DNA of 64,000 bases from Candidatus Uhrbacteria bacterium (GCA_903843045.1 CAIMOJ010000046.1:650-64649); one strand, 5' to 3'; shown: positions 1-9,880, counted from the stretch's first letter. Notes: generated by a model from the letters alone, not told the origin. Translations and numbers: made by a program.

Positions 1-22
1 CCATTCTTCTGCCGGACATCCT

Positions 23-556
23 ATGACGAAGGCGCTGGCCCTCACCCTGCTGTTCCTGATGCTCGCCATCGTCCAGACGAGCTTCTTTTCCTCGCTTCCG
101 GGCATTCTGGCATACGCCCCGCTCGTGATCGCGGCCGGCATCTATCTTCGCCAGCACGTCCAAGAGCCTTCCGGGGCGTTCTGGATCGTTGCGTTCGGGC
201 TTTTTCTCGACATGCTCGCAATCCCGTCGTTTCCGCTCGAGACGTTTTCGTACGGCGCGGCCGCCATCGCGGTTTCCCTCACGTCCCAGCATGTCTTTTC
301 AAACCGTTCCTGGTACGGCCTGATCGCATGCGGGGGATCGGCGATCGTCGCGATGAACGTGACGCGGGCGATCATCCTCGGCATCGTCGCGCTCCGTCAT
401 CCGGAGCGCGTTTCCTGGCCCGCGTTCGGTGAAACGCTCCTCTGGAACCTGATCCTGCTATTCGTTTTCCTCGTGATTTTCTTTGCGTTTGCCGGCCAGA
501 TCCGTTCGTTCCTGAAAACGACCTTCATGATCTCCAAGGATCGTGACACGCTGTAA
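23..556 (+). CDS. Polytopic membrane protein, MreD-like (rod-shape protein) by size, hydrophobicity and position immediately upstream of PBP2
   Basis: 177 aa, 5-6 predicted TM helices, 14-nt overlap with the following transpeptidase gene; no diagnostic motif. Confidence 0.35.
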   Translation: MTKALALTLLFLMLAIVQTSFFSSLPGILAYAPLVIAAGIYLRQHVQEPSGAFWIVAFGLFLDMLAIPSFPLETFSYGAAAIAVSLTSQHVFSNRSWYGLIACGGSAIVAMNVTRAIILGIVALRHPERVSWPAFGETLLWNLILLFVFLVIFFAFAGQIRSFLKTTFMISKDRDTL

Positions 557-2477
557 TCCTGTGGGAAATCCATTTTTTATCCAATCCAACCGCCTGGGAT
601 CCGTTCGAACGTCGCGCGAGCTGACGGCGCTTGACGAGAGTCCTGGAACCCCGTTCGGCGCGGCAAGCGCCGAACGCCAGTTTTTGGGATCAACCATACC
701 CGCGAGGCGGTTCTGGCTCGCCGCGGTTGGGTTTTCCGTCGCGATCGGCCTCCTGGTTGCCCGCGCCGTGGAGTTACAGATCGTCCGGGGCGCACAGTAC
801 GCCTCGCTTGCCGAGTCGAATCGCGTTCGTTCCTACACCGTCGTTCCGCCGCGCGGGATCGTTTATGACCGGTTCGGCACGCCGCTCATCCAGAACGTCC
901 CGGCATTCGTTTTTTCAATGACCTTCGCGGACATGCCGAAGGACAGGACGGAACGCGACCGAGTCGTCGCGCGGGCGGCCGACCTCGCGGGAGTGTCCCG
1001 AACGGACATCGACCTTCTTCTGACCGAGGCGCAAAAGAGCCCATACGACGCGTTTGCCGTTAAGAAGGGGATTCCTTACGAGGCGGCCATGCGGCTTGCC
1101 ATCGAGGCGGCGTCGATCCCCGGGTTCGCGCTCGACACGTCCACGATTCGCGCCTACCCCAAAAGTGCGCCAACCCTTTCGCACGTGCTCGGATACACCG
1201 GAAAGATCAGCGCCGACGACTACGAGGCAAGGAAGGCGGACGGCTATCGCGCCGTGGATGAGATCGGAAAGGCGGGATTGGAGCGGACGGAAGAAACCTC
1301 GTTGCGCGGAACCCCTGGGAAGCTGTCCGTCGAGGTCGACGCGCGCGGAAGGGAGCTCTCGGTTGACGGAAAGACCGACCCTGTTCCCGGTCAGAACCTG
1401 ACGCTGACGATCGACCTTCCGCTCCAGCAGTTCATCGAGGCGCGCCTGACGGACGTTCTCCAAAGACTGAAGCTGCCGAAGGGGGTCGTTGTCGCCATCG
1501 ATCCGCGCAACGGAGCGGTGCGCGCCCTGGTCAGCATGCCGACCTTCGACAGCAACGCGTTTTCGAACGGAATTGACTCCGAGCTGTACCAACGGCTGAT
1601 CACGGACAAGGACCAGCCTCTATTCTCGCGCGCGATCGCGGGCGAGTATCCCCCTGGATCGACCTTCAAGCCGTATGTGGCCTACGCGGCGCTTACGGAG
1701 GGTCTGGTTACCCCAAGCACGTCGTTTCTTTCCACCGGAGGGCTCCGGGTGGGCGAGTGGTTCTTTCCGGATTGGAAGGCCGGCGGACATGGGATTACCG
1801 ACGTCCGGAAGGCCCTTGCCTGGTCAGTGAACACCTATTTTTACATCGTCGGTGGCGGATACGAGCAGCAAACGGGTCTTGGCGTGGAACGAATCACCAA
1901 GAACTCCGCACTGTTCGGATTCGGCGCGAAGACCGGCATCGCGCTTCCCGGCGAGGCGGACGGATTTCTTCCAAGCAAGGATTGGAAGCAGGAGGCGAAG
2001 GGCGAGCGATGGTACGTCGGCGACACCTATCACCTCGCCATCGGGCAGGGCGACGCGCTCGCCACGCCGCTCCAGGTCGCGGTCGCGGATGCCGCGATCG
2101 GAAACGGAGGGACGCGTTTCGTCCCGCACCTCGTCGAAAAGATCGGCGACAAGCCCGTCGCGCCGGAACCGGTCGACGTGACGCTGAACAAGGATTCCGT
2201 CCAGGTCGTCCGCGAGGGAATGCGGGGCGCCGTGACGTACGGCAGCGCCCGCTTTCTCAATTCGCTGGCGCTTCCCGTCGCGGGAAAGACGGGCACCGCG
2301 CAGTCGTCCATCGACAAGCCGACGCACGCATGGTTCGAGGGGTTCGGCCCGTACGACGATCCGACGCTCGCCGTCGTCGTCCTTGTGGAGAACGGCGGGG
2401 AAGGGTCGTCGGTCGCCGTCCCGCTCGCAAAGGACATCTTTGAGTGGTGGTTCGCAAATCGACAGGCGACGGAGTAA
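543..2477 (+). CDS. mrdA: Penicillin-binding protein 2 (class B peptidoglycan D,D-transpeptidase)
   Basis: N-terminal TM anchor, SxxK (GSTFKP), SxN (SVN) and KTG (AGKTGTAQ) active-site motifs in order; 644 aa. Confidence 0.85.
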   Translation: MTRCNPVGNPFFIQSNRLGSVRTSRELTALDESPGTPFGAASAERQFLGSTIPARRFWLAAVGFSVAIGLLVARAVELQIVRGAQYASLAESNRVRSYTVVPPRGIVYDRFGTPLIQNVPAFVFSMTFADMPKDRTERDRVVARAADLAGVSRTDIDLLLTEAQKSPYDAFAVKKGIPYEAAMRLAIEAASIPGFALDTSTIRAYPKSAPTLSHVLGYTGKISADDYEARKADGYRAVDEIGKAGLERTEETSLRGTPGKLSVEVDARGRELSVDGKTDPVPGQNLTLTIDLPLQQFIEARLTDVLQRLKLPKGVVVAIDPRNGAVRALVSMPTFDSNAFSNGIDSELYQRLITDKDQPLFSRAIAGEYPPGSTFKPYVAYAALTEGLVTPSTSFLSTGGLRVGEWFFPDWKAGGHGITDVRKALAWSVNTYFYIVGGGYEQQTGLGVERITKNSALFGFGAKTGIALPGEADGFLPSKDWKQEAKGERWYVGDTYHLAIGQGDALATPLQVAVADAAIGNGGTRFVPHLVEKIGDKPVAPEPVDVTLNKDSVQVVREGMRGAVTYGSARFLNSLALPVAGKTGTAQSSIDKPTHAWFEGFGPYDDPTLAVVVLVENGGEGSSVAVPLAKDIFEWWFANRQATE

Positions 2478-2495
2478 CGACTATACTAAAATCCT

Positions 2496-3602
2496 ATGAA
2501 GCGACTGATACTTGCACTCGCCATCGTCGGGGTTTTTACCGCGCCGTTCTCCGTTCTCGCGGGGGACGCTCAGAATGACAACGTTCCGTTTCGCGCCGTC
2601 GTGCAGAGCGTCGACAAGGCGTATTCCGATGAAAACGGACGGCCCCAGCTCACGTTTACGGCGGAGGGATACGACGGAATGACCTATCGCATCGACACGT
2701 CCTCCTCCCTCGGTGCCGGGATCCATTATCCGCTCAACGTCGGTGACCGCGTGGTTTTGGAACGCCTCGACAATCCGGACGGGACGCAGACGGTTTACTT
2801 TAACGACGTCGTGAGAACCGGTGGGCTCTGGATTATCTTCGCCGTGTTTTCCCTCGCCGTCGTCGCGGTCGGGCTGACGCGCGGGATCATGGCGCTTGTC
2901 GGCCTCGCCCTGACCGTTCTCCTTTTGTTCGGATACATCGTTCCGTCGATCCTGGCCGGAAAGGACGCGGTGCTCGTAACGGTCGAGTCCTCGCTGCTCA
3001 TTTTGGCCGTGAACATGCACCTGACCCACGGATGGAAACGGCAGACGCTCGCCGCGTTCGCTTCCACGGCGATCGGCGTGCTGATCGCCTGGCTGTTCGG
3101 CGGCTGGTTCGTCCATCTCGCGGCCCTCTCCGGGCTGACATCCGAGGAGGGATCGCTCCTGTATCTGCAGAACCTCGACGCGACGGTGAACACGTCCGGG
3201 ATTCTCCTCGCGGGAATCATCCTCGGCGCGACCGGCGCGCTCGACGACATCGCCATCGCGCAGAGCGAGGTCGTATCCGAGCTGCGCGAAGCGAACCCGT
3301 CGCTCTCAAAGAAGGAGCTGTTCGTCCGAGCCATGCGTGTCGGACGGCATCACATCGCCTCCATTGCCAATACGCTCGTTCTGGCCTATGCGGGCGCGGC
3401 ACTTCCGATGTTTCTGCTTTTCTGGGCAACGCGATCCCTGACGATCGCGGACTTCCTCAACACGGAGGCGGTCGTCGAGGAAGTGGTCCGCACGCTCGCG
3501 GGAACGATCGCGCTCGTGCTGACGGTTCCTCTTTCCACGTGGTTTGCCGCATCGCTTGACGCATCCAAGAAAAAGCCCTATGATGGCCATCACGTTCACT
3601 GA
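2496..3602 (+). CDS. YibE/F-like integral membrane protein
   Basis: Signal peptide, ~110 aa extracytoplasmic domain then ~7 TM helices; architecture typical of YibE/F family; not RodA. Confidence 0.4.
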   Translation: MKRLILALAIVGVFTAPFSVLAGDAQNDNVPFRAVVQSVDKAYSDENGRPQLTFTAEGYDGMTYRIDTSSSLGAGIHYPLNVGDRVVLERLDNPDGTQTVYFNDVVRTGGLWIIFAVFSLAVVAVGLTRGIMALVGLALTVLLLFGYIVPSILAGKDAVLVTVESSLLILAVNMHLTHGWKRQTLAAFASTAIGVLIAWLFGGWFVHLAALSGLTSEEGSLLYLQNLDATVNTSGILLAGIILGATGALDDIAIAQSEVVSELREANPSLSKKELFVRAMRVGRHHIASIANTLVLAYAGAALPMFLLFWATRSLTIADFLNTEAVVEEVVRTLAGTIALVLTVPLSTWFAASLDASKKKPYDGHHVH

Positions 3603-3620
3603 ACATTCCTGATTAAACGT

Positions 3621-4076
3621 ATGCCAACTTACATTTCGGCCGAGGGGCTGAAAAAACTGATTGAGGAGTCGGAGACGCGCCGAACCATTACGCGCAAGGA
3701 GATTGCGCAGTGCATCTCGGACGCGAAGGAGCTCGGGGACCTCTCCGAGAATTTCGAGTACCAGGACGCGAAGGAACGCCAGGGATCGAATGAGGTTCGC
3801 ATCTCCGAGCTTGAGAGCATGATCAAGGACGCGATCGTCGTCGAGCAGCAGGCGGGCGGCGATACCATCGGTCTTGGGACCACGTTCAAGGCCGACGCGA
3901 ACGGCGTCTCGCGCACGTTCCAGATCGTCGGGTCGAACGAGGCCAAGCCGTTCGAGGGCAAGATCAGCAACGAATCGCCCATCGGAATGGCATTCATCGG
4001 CGGCAAGGTCGGGGAGAACATCTCCGTGGAGATTCCGAGCGGAACGATGGTTTACAGAATTACGGAAATCTCCTAA
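3621..4076 (+). CDS. greA: Transcription elongation factor GreA
   Basis: 151 aa, coiled-coil N-domain with acidic tip (GDLSENFEY), C-terminal FKBP-like domain (SPIGMAFIGGKVGE). Confidence 0.85.
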   Translation: MPTYISAEGLKKLIEESETRRTITRKEIAQCISDAKELGDLSENFEYQDAKERQGSNEVRISELESMIKDAIVVEQQAGGDTIGLGTTFKADANGVSRTFQIVGSNEAKPFEGKISNESPIGMAFIGGKVGENISVEIPSGTMVYRITEIS

Positions 4077-4079
4077 GAT

Positions 4080-4108
4080 ACGGGGGTAAACACCCCGTAT
4101 TTTTTTTG
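4080..4108 (+). terminator. Putative intrinsic terminator after greA (GGGGT/ACCCC stem + T7), abutting the lysS start codon
   Basis: acgggggtaaacaccccgtattttttttg; the T-tract ends 2 nt before the lysS ATG. Confidence 0.4.
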
Positions 4109-4109
4109 T

Positions 4110-5573
4110 ATGATCGAGGAAGAAGGCGTTCGCCGCTCGCGCTTGGAACGGCTGAAATTGGCGGGAAACGACCCATATCCGGCTCGCGTCGAGCGGACGC
4201 ATACCGTGGCCAAGTTCGGCCAGCATTTTGACGCGCTTCTTGCCGACCTGACCGTCGTAACCATGGCAGGCCGCATGCGCACCATCCGCAAGCACGGCGG
4301 GCTTACGTTCGCGCAGCTCGAGGACGGATCGGGGACGATCCAGATCGCCATCCGCCGCGACCACGTGGGCGAGGAAACGTACGCGTTCTTCCATGACACG
4401 GCCGACATGGGCGATTTCGTCGAGGCGAAGGGAACCGCGTTCGTCACGAAGACGGGCCAGCAGACGCTCGACGTCCAGTCGTATCGGATCGTCACGAAGA
4501 CGCTCCTGCCGATGCCGGAGAAATGGCACGGGCTTTCCGATACGGAGATCCGCTATCGCCAGCGCTACCTCGACCTTCTCGCCAACGAGCAGGTGCGTTC
4601 GATCTTCCGAACGCGCGCCAGGATCGTCACGACGATTCGCGCGTATCTTGACCGCCACGGATGTCTCGAGGTGGACACGCCGGTCCTTCAGATCGTCCCG
4701 GGCGGAGCGAGCGCGCGGCCGTTCCGGACGCACCACAACGCCCTCGACGCCGACATGTACCTTCGCGTCGCGCCGGAGCTGTACCTCAAGCGCTGCGTCG
4801 TCGGAGGATTCGAGCGCGTCTACGAGGTCGCGCGCTGCTTCCGCAACGAGGGGATCGACCACTCGCACAATCCGGAGTTCACGCAGGTGGAGGGCTACCT
4901 CGCGTACATGGACTACGAGCAGCTGATGGCCTTCCTCGAGGAAATGCTCCGCGAGGTGATCGTCGCGTGCGGTCTCGACCCGGCCGCCGTCCCGTTCAAG
5001 GGAAACCTGCTCAACTTCGCCGACGCCTGGCCGCGCATCACGTTCCGCGACGCGATCCTCTCGCACGCGAAGATCGACATCGAGGACTATCCCGACCGCG
5101 AATCCGTCGCGAAGCAGGCCGCGAAGATGGGCGTCCCGGTCGCCACGACCGACGGCCACGCGACGATCGTCGACAATATCTACAAGAACTTCGTCCGCCC
5201 GAACATCATTCAGCCGACGTACCTCATCGACTATCCGGTCGAGATCTCTCCGCTTGCCAAGCGCAAGACGAGCGACCCGCGGTACGTGGAGATGTTCCAA
5301 CTCGTGTACGGCGGGGGCGTGGAAAACATCAAGGCGTTCTCCGAGCTGAACGATCCACTCGACCAGGAGGAACGGTTCCGCCAGCAGCAGGCCGCGCGCG
5401 ACGGCGGCGACGAGGAGGCGCAGTTCGGCGACGACGACTACGTGGTCGCCCTCAAGCACGGCATGCCGCCGACCGCCGGATTCGGCATCGGCATCGACCG
5501 CCTGGCCGCCACGCTGACCGATTCGCACAACCTAAAGGAGGTCATCCTGTTCCCGACGCTCAAGCCGGTATGA
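4110..5573 (+). CDS. lysS: Lysyl-tRNA synthetase, class II
   Basis: OB-fold anticodon domain, class II motif 2 (FRNEG...HNPEFT) and motif 3 (GGGIGIDRL); 487 aa. Confidence 0.9.
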   Translation: MIEEEGVRRSRLERLKLAGNDPYPARVERTHTVAKFGQHFDALLADLTVVTMAGRMRTIRKHGGLTFAQLEDGSGTIQIAIRRDHVGEETYAFFHDTADMGDFVEAKGTAFVTKTGQQTLDVQSYRIVTKTLLPMPEKWHGLSDTEIRYRQRYLDLLANEQVRSIFRTRARIVTTIRAYLDRHGCLEVDTPVLQIVPGGASARPFRTHHNALDADMYLRVAPELYLKRCVVGGFERVYEVARCFRNEGIDHSHNPEFTQVEGYLAYMDYEQLMAFLEEMLREVIVACGLDPAAVPFKGNLLNFADAWPRITFRDAILSHAKIDIEDYPDRESVAKQAAKMGVPVATTDGHATIVDNIYKNFVRPNIIQPTYLIDYPVEISPLAKRKTSDPRYVEMFQLVYGGGVENIKAFSELNDPLDQEERFRQQQAARDGGDEEAQFGDDDYVVALKHGMPPTAGFGIGIDRLAATLTDSHNLKEVILFPTLKPV

Positions 5574-6358
5574 GGACCGTCCTGACATTCGGGACGTTCG
5601 ACGCGTTCCATCCCGGGCATGAGTACGTCCTCGCCAAGGCGGCCGCGCTCGGCGACCGTCTTGTCGTTGGCGTCGCCCGCGACGCGCACGTTCGCGCACT
5701 CAAGAACAAGGAGCCAAAGGACGACGAACAGGCCCGTCTCGACCGGATTCTCGCGCACCCGCTGGTATCCGATGCGCGTCTGAGCGACGAAAAGCTTGGA
5801 TCGTACGAGATTCTCGACGACTTGAAGCCCGACGTCGTCGCCATCGGCCACGACCAGCACGCGCTGCGCGAGAGTCTAGAGGCATGGATGTCGTCGACCG
5901 GCAAAGCCATCCCGCTGGTCCAGCTAGACCTATCAGTCCCGCGCCCCATTAAGACCGTCCCCATCGCCGTGGCCCTCGCCATGCGCGACGGAAAGCTCTT
6001 GCTCCTGCAACGGCGCGACGAGAACCCGATGTGGAACCGAAAGTGGGAATTCCCAGGCGGCAAGATCGAGAGCGGGGAAGACCCGGCCGATGCGATGCGA
6101 CGCGAGCTGAGGGAAGAGACCGGCCTCGACGTGAACGCCTGCGACTTTCTCGGAACGCACACCCACGACTGGGACCTCTCCGAACGAATCCTCCGCGTCG
6201 TGCTCCACTGCTTCCGCTGCGACCTCGCCGATGGCGACGTCGTCCGCGAGGATCGCGCCACGTTCGACCACGCCTGGGCAACCCCCGCCGAAGCCCTGAC
6301 CTACGACCTCCTCGAAGCCAACGCCGACCTTATTCGCAAATTCGTAGGAAGTTCGTAA
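5570..6358 (+). CDS. Fusion protein: HxGH-type nucleotidyl/cytidylyltransferase-like domain + NUDIX hydrolase
   Basis: N-term GTFDAFHPGH (nucleotidyltransferase HxGH motif), C-term Nudix box GGKIESGEDPADAMRRELREETGL; ATG overlaps the lysS stop (ATGA). The 565-aa ORF in the track is an upstream extension in this frame. Confidence 0.6.
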   Translation: MRTVLTFGTFDAFHPGHEYVLAKAAALGDRLVVGVARDAHVRALKNKEPKDDEQARLDRILAHPLVSDARLSDEKLGSYEILDDLKPDVVAIGHDQHALRESLEAWMSSTGKAIPLVQLDLSVPRPIKTVPIAVALAMRDGKLLLLQRRDENPMWNRKWEFPGGKIESGEDPADAMRRELREETGLDVNACDFLGTHTHDWDLSERILRVVLHCFRCDLADGDVVREDRATFDHAWATPAEALTYDLLEANADLIRKFVGSS

Positions 6359-6397
6359 TCAGAAAAAAGAATTCGTAATAAGCGAAGCATATTCGTA
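6333..6397 (+). promoter_or_regulatory. AT-rich island with 5 phased direct repeats TTCG(T/C)A(A/G) immediately upstream of alr
   Basis: ttcgca/ttcgta at ~6333, 6341, 6352, 6372 and 6392 (spacing 8/11/20/20 nt); ends 5 nt before the alr start. Confidence 0.3.
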
Positions 6398-6401
6398 AGC
6401 T

Positions 6402-7538
6402 GTGAACCATAAGACCTGGATCGAAATCGACGAACGGGCCCTGACGCACAACATCGTTGCGCTGAAGGGTTTGCTTTCCGAAGGGGCCAAGTTCTGCGCG
6501 GTCCTGAAGGCGAACGCGTACGGCCACGGGTTCGTCGAGGTCGCGCGCATCGCGGCCCGGTGCAACGTGGATGCGTTCGCGGTCGACAATATCGACGAGG
6601 CGCTCGTGCTTCGCGCGATGCTTCCGTCCGCCCTCGTGCTCGTGCTCGGATACACCCTCAAGGAGCGATATGCCGACGCGATCAACAATGAGATCCATCT
6701 GACCGTCTACGAAAAGGACCAGGTCGTCGCGCTCGAATACGCCGGGGCGGAGCACGCGAAGACCGCGTTCATCCACCTGAAGATTGAGACGGGAACGTCA
6801 CGCCAGGGCGTTCTTCCGGACCACCTGTACGACGTGCTCGAGGTTATCGGCGCCTCCTCGCACGTGGCGCTCGCCGGAGTCTCGACGCACTTCGCGAACG
6901 TGGAGGACACGACCGACACGTCGTTCGCGAACCGACAGTTCGCGCTGTTCCAAGAGGTCGTCGGGGCGATTCGGAACGCCGGATATCGGCCCGAGTGGGT
7001 CCATTGTTCCAACTCCGCGGCAACGATCCTGTATCCCGACACGCATGGGTCCCTCGTACGCGTCGGCATCGCGATGTACGGGATCTGGCCGTCGGAAATC
7101 GTCGAACAGACCGTGCGACGGCACAACGTGCCGCTCGAGCTCGAGCCTGTCCTCGCGTGGAAGACCCGCATCGCGCAGGTGAAGTCGCTTCCGGCCGGAA
7201 CGCCGATCAGCTACGGGATGACCGAGGTCCTTCGAAAGGCCAGTCGCATCGCCGTTCTTCCCGTCGGCTACTGGGACGGATTCGACCGTGGTCTTTCCTC
7301 CGTCGCGGAGGTTCTCGTGAACGGCATCCGGTGCAAGGTCATGGGACGCGTCTGCATGAACATGGTCATGGTGGACGTCTCAGCGGTTCCCCAGGTCGAG
7401 CCCGAGCAGGAGGTCGTCCTCATCGGACGGTCGGGACGGTTCGTCATCGCGGCGGAGGAAATGGCCGCCCATGCTGGGACGATCAGCTACGAGACGCTGA
7501 CCCGCATCAACCCGCTGTTGCCGCGGATCGTGATATAA
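6402..7538 (+). CDS. alr: Alanine racemase (PLP-dependent)
   Basis: AVLKANAYGHG PLP-lysine motif, TIM-barrel and C-terminal beta domain; 378 aa; non-ATG start. Confidence 0.85.
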   Translation: MNHKTWIEIDERALTHNIVALKGLLSEGAKFCAVLKANAYGHGFVEVARIAARCNVDAFAVDNIDEALVLRAMLPSALVLVLGYTLKERYADAINNEIHLTVYEKDQVVALEYAGAEHAKTAFIHLKIETGTSRQGVLPDHLYDVLEVIGASSHVALAGVSTHFANVEDTTDTSFANRQFALFQEVVGAIRNAGYRPEWVHCSNSAATILYPDTHGSLVRVGIAMYGIWPSEIVEQTVRRHNVPLELEPVLAWKTRIAQVKSLPAGTPISYGMTEVLRKASRIAVLPVGYWDGFDRGLSSVAEVLVNGIRCKVMGRVCMNMVMVDVSAVPQVEPEQEVVLIGRSGRFVIAAEEMAAHAGTISYETLTRINPLLPRIVI

Positions 7539-7547
7539 TTCAACGGT

Positions 7548-8474
7548 ATGCGACCCCGCAACCAATTTCGACTGCTGCAGAAAAAACGGTACGATGCCAA
7601 GCGTTTTTCAAATCCGTACTTCCAAACGAAGCCAAAGCGAAACTGGCGAGGAATCGTTATTGCCACCGGCGTCGGCCTGGGCCTGTTCTGTCTCGTCTCC
7701 GTCGTCTTTGCCTCGCCATTTTTTGCCATCCAGCGCGTCGACGTGACGGGAACGGACACGATCTCTCCGACGGAGATCGTCCAAAAGGCATGGGAACAGC
7801 TCCGTACGCGCCGCCTTGTTTTTTTCAGCGGGACGAACCGATTCCTTTACGACGAATCGCGGCTGCGCGCCGCCCTTGGCTCGGCATACGCGTTTGAGAC
7901 GCTTGCGATTCGCGAAGCTTGCGATTGGAAAGGCGGGGGATGCGGACTGACGATTGCCGTGCACGAGAAGACGTCCCAGCTGCTCTGGATGTCCGGCGAC
8001 CGACTCTACCTCGCCGACCTTCAGGGCGTCGTCATCCGAGAGCTCGCGCCCGAAGAGGTCGCGGCTTGGAAAGCCCCCGAGCCGCCGCCCCAGAACCCGC
8101 TTCCGGACGGATCGCTCCCCATCGCGGTACCGATCGACCCGCTTCGAAAGCTTCCGCTGTTCGTCGACGTCAACGCCTCCCCGACAAGCGTCGGATCCGC
8201 CGTACTGACGAAGGACGAGGTCGCGAACCTCTTCGCCTTCGAGCGACAGCTCGGCGACATGAGAATCCTCTTCTCGCAGGTGAACATCGACCGTCTCGCG
8301 GGAAAGTGGATGGCCGTGAAGACCCTGGCTGGGTTCAACATCCTCATCGACGCCTCCGGCGATATCCCGGCCCAGATTCTCAACCTCCAGGTACTACTGC
8401 GCGACACGCTGAAGGACACGTCGAATCTGCAGTATATCGACCTGAGGTTCGGCGACCACGTGTATTATAAATAG
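7548..8474 (+). CDS. ftsQ: Cell division protein FtsQ/DivIB-like (single N-terminal TM + POTRA domain)
   Basis: Basic cytoplasmic tail, one TM (IVIATGVGLGLFCLVSVVFA), then VDVTGTDTISPTEIV POTRA-like segment. Confidence 0.5.
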   Translation: MRPRNQFRLLQKKRYDAKRFSNPYFQTKPKRNWRGIVIATGVGLGLFCLVSVVFASPFFAIQRVDVTGTDTISPTEIVQKAWEQLRTRRLVFFSGTNRFLYDESRLRAALGSAYAFETLAIREACDWKGGGCGLTIAVHEKTSQLLWMSGDRLYLADLQGVVIRELAPEEVAAWKAPEPPPQNPLPDGSLPIAVPIDPLRKLPLFVDVNASPTSVGSAVLTKDEVANLFAFERQLGDMRILFSQVNIDRLAGKWMAVKTLAGFNILIDASGDIPAQILNLQVLLRDTLKDTSNLQYIDLRFGDHVYYK

Positions 8475-8483
8475 ACGAACCCT

Positions 8484-9782
8484 ATGACCCCGCTCATTTC
8501 CTACGACGACAGCCACATGCTCATTTCGGCGAAGGATCGCAAATCCGTTCAGAAACGACTCATTGCCGCTCACAAGCAACTGGAGAGTCTGCGCGTCAGT
8601 GAGGAACAAGGTTTCTTTGGTCTGCCGGACGATTCGGGGACAGTAAGAATCGTCGAGAGGCTCGCGAAGAAAGTCCAGGCGAAGTTCGACCGCCTGATCG
8701 TCATTGGGATCGGCGGGTCCGACCTTGGGGCACGGACGATCTGGCACGCGCTTGGCGAAAAGAAGATGTCGTTGGAATTCGTGAGCAACCCGGACCCGGA
8801 GACGCTCTACCATGTGCTCGCCACGACGGACTGGTCGAAGACGGCCATCAACGTGATTTCAAAATCTGGGACGACGCTCGAAACGATGGCGGTGTTCATG
8901 ACGCTCCGCCAGGGCCTGATCAACGCGGTAGGCGTCGCGGCGCACCGTGAGCACATCGTTGCGACAACGGATCCGTCGGAGGCCAGCACCCTGTACCAGA
9001 TCGCCATGGAGGAAGGTTACGCGATCCTCCCGCATCCGCTCAACGTCGGCGGGCGGTATTCCGTCCTCTCGGTCGTCGGATTGTTTCCCGCGGCAGCGAG
9101 CGGCGTGAACGTTCGCAAGCTGCTTGCCGGAGCCGCGACGGTCGAGGCCGAGCGCCGAGCCAAGCGTGTCGAGAGTATTCCAGCACGACTGGCGACGAAC
9201 CAGTATCTTGCCATGACGCAGTACGGACGTGATATCCATGTCCTGATGCCCTATGCCGACCTGTTGCACGAGTTCGGATTCTGGTACCGCCAAATCTGGG
9301 CCGAATCGCTCGGAAAGGTCCGCGACGGGGAATCCGTCGGCCCGACCCCGATTGCCGCGTTTGGAGCCATCGACCAGCATTCGCAGATCCAGCTGTACAA
9401 CGAGGGGCCGGACAACAAGACGGTCACGTTCATCGAGGTTGAATCGTTTCGACGCTCTCTGCGCGTTCCGAAGGTCTGGGGCGACAAACAGGGGATCGGA
9501 TACGTCGGCGGCCTGTCGTTCGCGGACATCCTCCATGCCGAGCGCGCGGGAACCGAACATGCCCTTGCAAGCCACGGACGACCAAGCGGAACGATTACGA
9601 TCCCGAACATCTCGGAAGAATCGCTCGGAGCGCTGTTTATGCTGTTTGAGACGGCAACGGCCTACATGGGGGAACTGCTGCACGTGAACGCGTTCAACCA
9701 GCCGGGCGTCGAAGCGGGGAAGAAGGAGGCAAAGAAAATTCTCGAGACGGCGGGGAAGAAAACCGGAAAGACGAAGGGTTAG
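8484..9782 (+). CDS. pgi: Glucose-6-phosphate isomerase
   Basis: SIS domains, IGIGGSDLG motif, catalytic region; 432 aa. Confidence 0.85.
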   Translation: MTPLISYDDSHMLISAKDRKSVQKRLIAAHKQLESLRVSEEQGFFGLPDDSGTVRIVERLAKKVQAKFDRLIVIGIGGSDLGARTIWHALGEKKMSLEFVSNPDPETLYHVLATTDWSKTAINVISKSGTTLETMAVFMTLRQGLINAVGVAAHREHIVATTDPSEASTLYQIAMEEGYAILPHPLNVGGRYSVLSVVGLFPAAASGVNVRKLLAGAATVEAERRAKRVESIPARLATNQYLAMTQYGRDIHVLMPYADLLHEFGFWYRQIWAESLGKVRDGESVGPTPIAAFGAIDQHSQIQLYNEGPDNKTVTFIEVESFRRSLRVPKVWGDKQGIGYVGGLSFADILHAERAGTEHALASHGRPSGTITIPNISEESLGALFMLFETATAYMGELLHVNAFNQPGVEAGKKEAKKILETAGKKTGKTKG

Positions 9783-9809
9783 GACTTGTTGTGTCGTAAA
9801 ATATCGATA

Positions 9810-9854
9810 GGGTGAGTGAGGGATTGAAGGGGACCGAGGTTCGAAGAGTCTCGG
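9810..9854. repeat. Short G-rich repeat, family B copy (intergenic, downstream of pgi)
   Basis: gggtgagtgagggattgaaggggaccgaggttcgaagagtctcg; ~82% identical to 14431-14472. Confidence 0.5.
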
Positions 9855-9880
9855 GGATGAGGATTGAATTACGGTCAGGG

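Noticed and set aside
3306-5528. 740-aa minus-strand ORF
   Set aside because: It is antisense to greA and lysS, which have clear motifs. Its composition is Arg/Asp/Leu-rich, typical of the non-coding frame in high-GC DNA.
4661-5569. 5' part of the 565-aa + ORF
   Set aside because: It runs out of frame through lysS. Only the 3' portion from the ATG at 5570 (nucleotidyltransferase-NUDIX) is supported by motifs.
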